Shown here: positions 26,407 through 28,220 of the stretch, one piece after another
Position numbering within the stretch: the first letter of the stretch is position 1
Layout of the letters: every line of letters starts with the position of its first letter
IMG/VR virus record: IMGVR_UViG_3300011339_000490
Coordinates: 1 to 28,220 of that record
Length of the DNA: 28,220 nt
From: a virus
Lineage: Duplodnaviria > Caudoviricetes
Strand: one strand, 5' to 3'
The notes under the pieces: model-generated
What the model saw: only the letters and a program-made list of their open reading frames with translations
Told to the model about the DNA's origin: nothing
Databases searched by the model: none
Program-made: the position numbers and the translations under genes

Positions 26407-26624
26407 TTTACGATATAGCAGTGGGCGCATTTATCGCCCTAGTAGTATTTGACCTAGTCGGATTCCTAGCCAAGGAAATCACATACAAGATTCAAGCCAA
26501 GCGTAGAGCAGAACAACTACGTGAGTTTATTGAATCACTAGACGAGCAAGAGTTTGCATTTAGCCCAGCCAAGCCTCGCAAGAAGGCTACGGTCAAGAAG
26601 AAGGCAGCAGCCAAACGTAAGTAG
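26403..26624 (+). CDS. Small membrane protein with Lys-rich tail
   Basis: N-terminal TM IAVGAFIALVVFDLVGFLA; tail KPRKKATVKKKAAAKRK; ATGA start at 26403. Confidence 0.75.
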   Translation: MIYDIAVGAFIALVVFDLVGFLAKEITYKIQAKRRAEQLREFIESLDEQEFAFSPAKPRKKATVKKKAAAKRK

Positions 26625-26627
26625 ATT

Positions 26628-26713
26628 TTGCTAGTGATGCCTCGGTCACTGACAGTATGCTGATAAAAAAGGGGAGCATACCTAATCGGGGTCAACTTGC
26701 TTGACACTAGCAA
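26628..26713 (+). ncRNA. Candidate structured RNA at the end of the early operon
   Basis: Closing stem TTGCTAGTG/CACTAGCAA with inner stems CCTCGGT/ATCGGGG, GTATGCT/AGCATAC, GTCAA/TTGAC. Confidence 0.45.
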
Positions 26714-26727
26714 CCCCATTAAAACAG

Positions 26728-26774
26728 AAAAAGACCCCCGTCAGGTAGGTTAAAGTACCTGAACGGGGGCTTTT
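26728..26774. terminator. Bidirectional intrinsic terminator
   Basis: AAAAAGA-CCCCCGT-CAGGTA...TACCTG-A-ACGGGGG-CTTTT between convergent operons. Confidence 0.85.
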
Positions 26775-26816
26775 GTGTCTCTATGGGGCTGCTACGCCCC
26801 TAAAACGGGTGGTTTT

Positions 26817-27008
26817 TTACTTGCTACCCTTGCCAAACTCTGTAGCCTTAGGGTCTAAAGCCTTTAGAACTGGACCTGCGATAGCAGCGAGTCCAGCAGA
26901 TAGCAACTGCTTAGGTTCTGTAACTCCTGCTAGATAGAGGGCAATTACAGATGCTGCTGCTGCACGTAGGTATGTGGCAACAATTGCATTAATCTTATCT
27001 TTGTTCAT
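26817..27008 (-). CDS. Holin
   Basis: 63 aa with two hydrophobic segments, directly after the endolysin. Confidence 0.75.
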   Translation of the reverse strand: MNKDKINAIVATYLRAAAASVIALYLAGVTEPKQLLSAGLAAIAGPVLKALDPKATEFGKGSK

Positions 27009-27451
27009 TTTATGTCCTTCTTTGGTAGTGGTTTTACTTTGGAAACAATCTTGTCTACTGCCTTAGCCTTGCCTAACCATGGAAACCAAGCAGATTTATC
27101 GTCGCCACAGTCCTCCTTGATGGAGATATGCAAGTGCTTGTTGTGCGGATTAGAACCCGTGTAAGAGTAAACGCCGTTCTTCTGCGACCAAATCTTACCC
27201 TGAAAGATAAGATACTTTACACGCTTGTCTTCTTGCAGTTTGACAAACATCTCTACACAATCAATCCCATTCTCTGGGTCATGTGTTAAGTCAACTGCAT
27301 AACCAGTGTTGTGGTCTGAGTTAGGACTCTGCTTAATGTGTGCTGCTGATGGTAGTAATCCATCGCTTGCCTTCTTGCGCTTTGGGCGCAAGGCTGTTGC
27401 TTGTCTAAGTACTGCTATTGCTGCTGGTGTTGCTCGCGTTACTAGTTTCAT
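27005..27451 (-). CDS. Endolysin, M15-like Zn peptidase
   Basis: SDHNTGYAVD and HNKHLHIS Zn-ligand pattern (H-x6-D...HxH). Confidence 0.75.
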   Translation of the reverse strand: MKLVTRATPAAIAVLRQATALRPKRKKASDGLLPSAAHIKQSPNSDHNTGYAVDLTHDPENGIDCVEMFVKLQEDKRVKYLIFQGKIWSQKNGVYSYTGSNPHNKHLHISIKEDCGDDKSAWFPWLGKAKAVDKIVSKVKPLPKKDIK

Positions 27452-27453
27452 AG

Positions 27454-27672
27454 TTATCCCCTTTCACAAAGTAATTTATAAATATCGTCTACTCTTTGTT
27501 CGACTCTATTCAATCTTTCGGTATTAATATTAACAGCATCTCTCATGCTACTACCTGAATTTGGTTTCAATTCGCTAAGATAGTGATGGACAAGCCACCT
27601 AATTGCTGCCGAAAATCCTGCAATCAATGTCATTACGGCAACGGCTAAGCCTGCCCACTCTGTTGCTGTCAT
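27454..27672 (-). CDS. Small membrane protein of the lysis region
   Basis: N-terminal TM, LKPNSGSSMRDAV motif, then coiled coil. Confidence 0.75.
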   Translation of the reverse strand: MTATEWAGLAVAVMTLIAGFSAAIRWLVHHYLSELKPNSGSSMRDAVNINTERLNRVEQRVDDIYKLLCERG

Positions 27673-28220
27673 TATACTGTTCTCACCACAATCGTAATAA
27701 TTCCACCGTAGCCACTAAACTTATCTGGTGGAGTAGTTCGTCTAAGAGATACGCCTTCGATTTGCACTTGGCGCAATTCCTGTGTATTTAAATCCTGCCA
27801 CAATACAATATCGCCTGACTCTTCAATGGCTTCTAACTGCAGTACGCGCTCATGCGCTCTGCCTTTGTAACCTGTAGTTACACCATTGCGGTCTGTCTCT
27901 GTATCAAAGCAGTAAACAGGAAAACTAATTTGACGCTGACGTGGGGTAGCAATCGTAGCCTTAGCCTGATAGCCCTTAAATATAGGACCACGGCTAGTAG
28001 TTGTAGAATCACGTACAAATAAAAACTTATAGGCTAGGTATTCTCTAGCAGCCGAAGGCTGGTTAGTACCTACTTCAACAGATGGTACTTGTGAATCGTA
28101 TGTAATGTGGTTATACTCTGTGCCATTAATATCAACAGTAATCAAACCTAATGAGCCATAGGCAAAGTCACCGCGTCCAACAAGACGTTTAAAGTTCTTA
28201 GGCTCAAGTGTTACATAGCG
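27672..28220 (-). CDS. Probable tail/virion structural protein, 3' part only
   Basis: Frame open to the right edge (RYVTLEPKNFKRLVGRG...); beta-rich sequence upstream of the lysis genes. Confidence 0.6.
   Translation of the reverse strand, partial: RYVTLEPKNFKRLVGRGDFAYGSLGLITVDINGTEYNHITYDSQVPSVEVGTNQPSAAREYLAYKFLFVRDSTTTSRGPIFKGYQAKATIATPRQRQISFPVYCFDTETDRNGVTTGYKGRAHERVLQLEAIEESGDIVLWQDLNTQELRQVQIEGVSLRRTTPPDKFSGYGGIITIVVRTV

Noticed and set aside
26628-26718. tRNA call for the structured element (acceptor-like GCTAGTG/CACTAGC, nearby CCA)
   Set aside because: No T-loop TTCRA, no D-arm GG in position and no 7-nt anticodon loop.
14908-26719. Minus-strand and alternate-frame ORFs within the early arm (e.g. 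21559-22155, 25455-25880, 19465-19818)
   Set aside because: They overlap coupled plus-strand genes with recognisable motifs.

Overview
This window is part of a tailed dsDNA bacteriophage genome, about 43% GC by eye, with podovirus-like organisation. The host is very likely actinobacterial, from the WhiB, DUF4192-like and actinobacterial-type SLT genes. Minus strand, left (late): terminase large subunit with N-terminal HTH, very basic K/A-rich protein, portal, two small proteins, three probable internal virion/ejection proteins (one broken by a single in-frame TAA), scaffold, major capsid (runs off the left edge). A ~525-nt repeat- and hairpin-rich divergence region follows. Plus strand (early/middle, 14892-26624, fully contained): Cys-rich microproteins, SSB, SLT, DUF4192-like, DUF932, wHTH, PD-(D/E)XK exonuclease, DnaB-like helicase, Holliday junction resolvase, split primase, DUF1599, metallophosphoesterase, sigma factor, FmdB-type Zn ribbon, WhiB. 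No DNA polymerase or integrase was recognised there. After a bidirectional terminator come a minus-strand lysis cassette and the 3' part of a probable tail gene. Most genes are coupled by TAATG/ATGA overlaps. The most interesting signal is non-coding: a hairpin at 20400-20447 whose loop is complementary to the ribosome-binding sites of eight early genes, while late genes use different, often GGGG-type sites. There is also a compact H-type pseudoknot, two further structured RNA candidates, and no GATC in a manual scan. All product calls come from motif recognition, not database searches.
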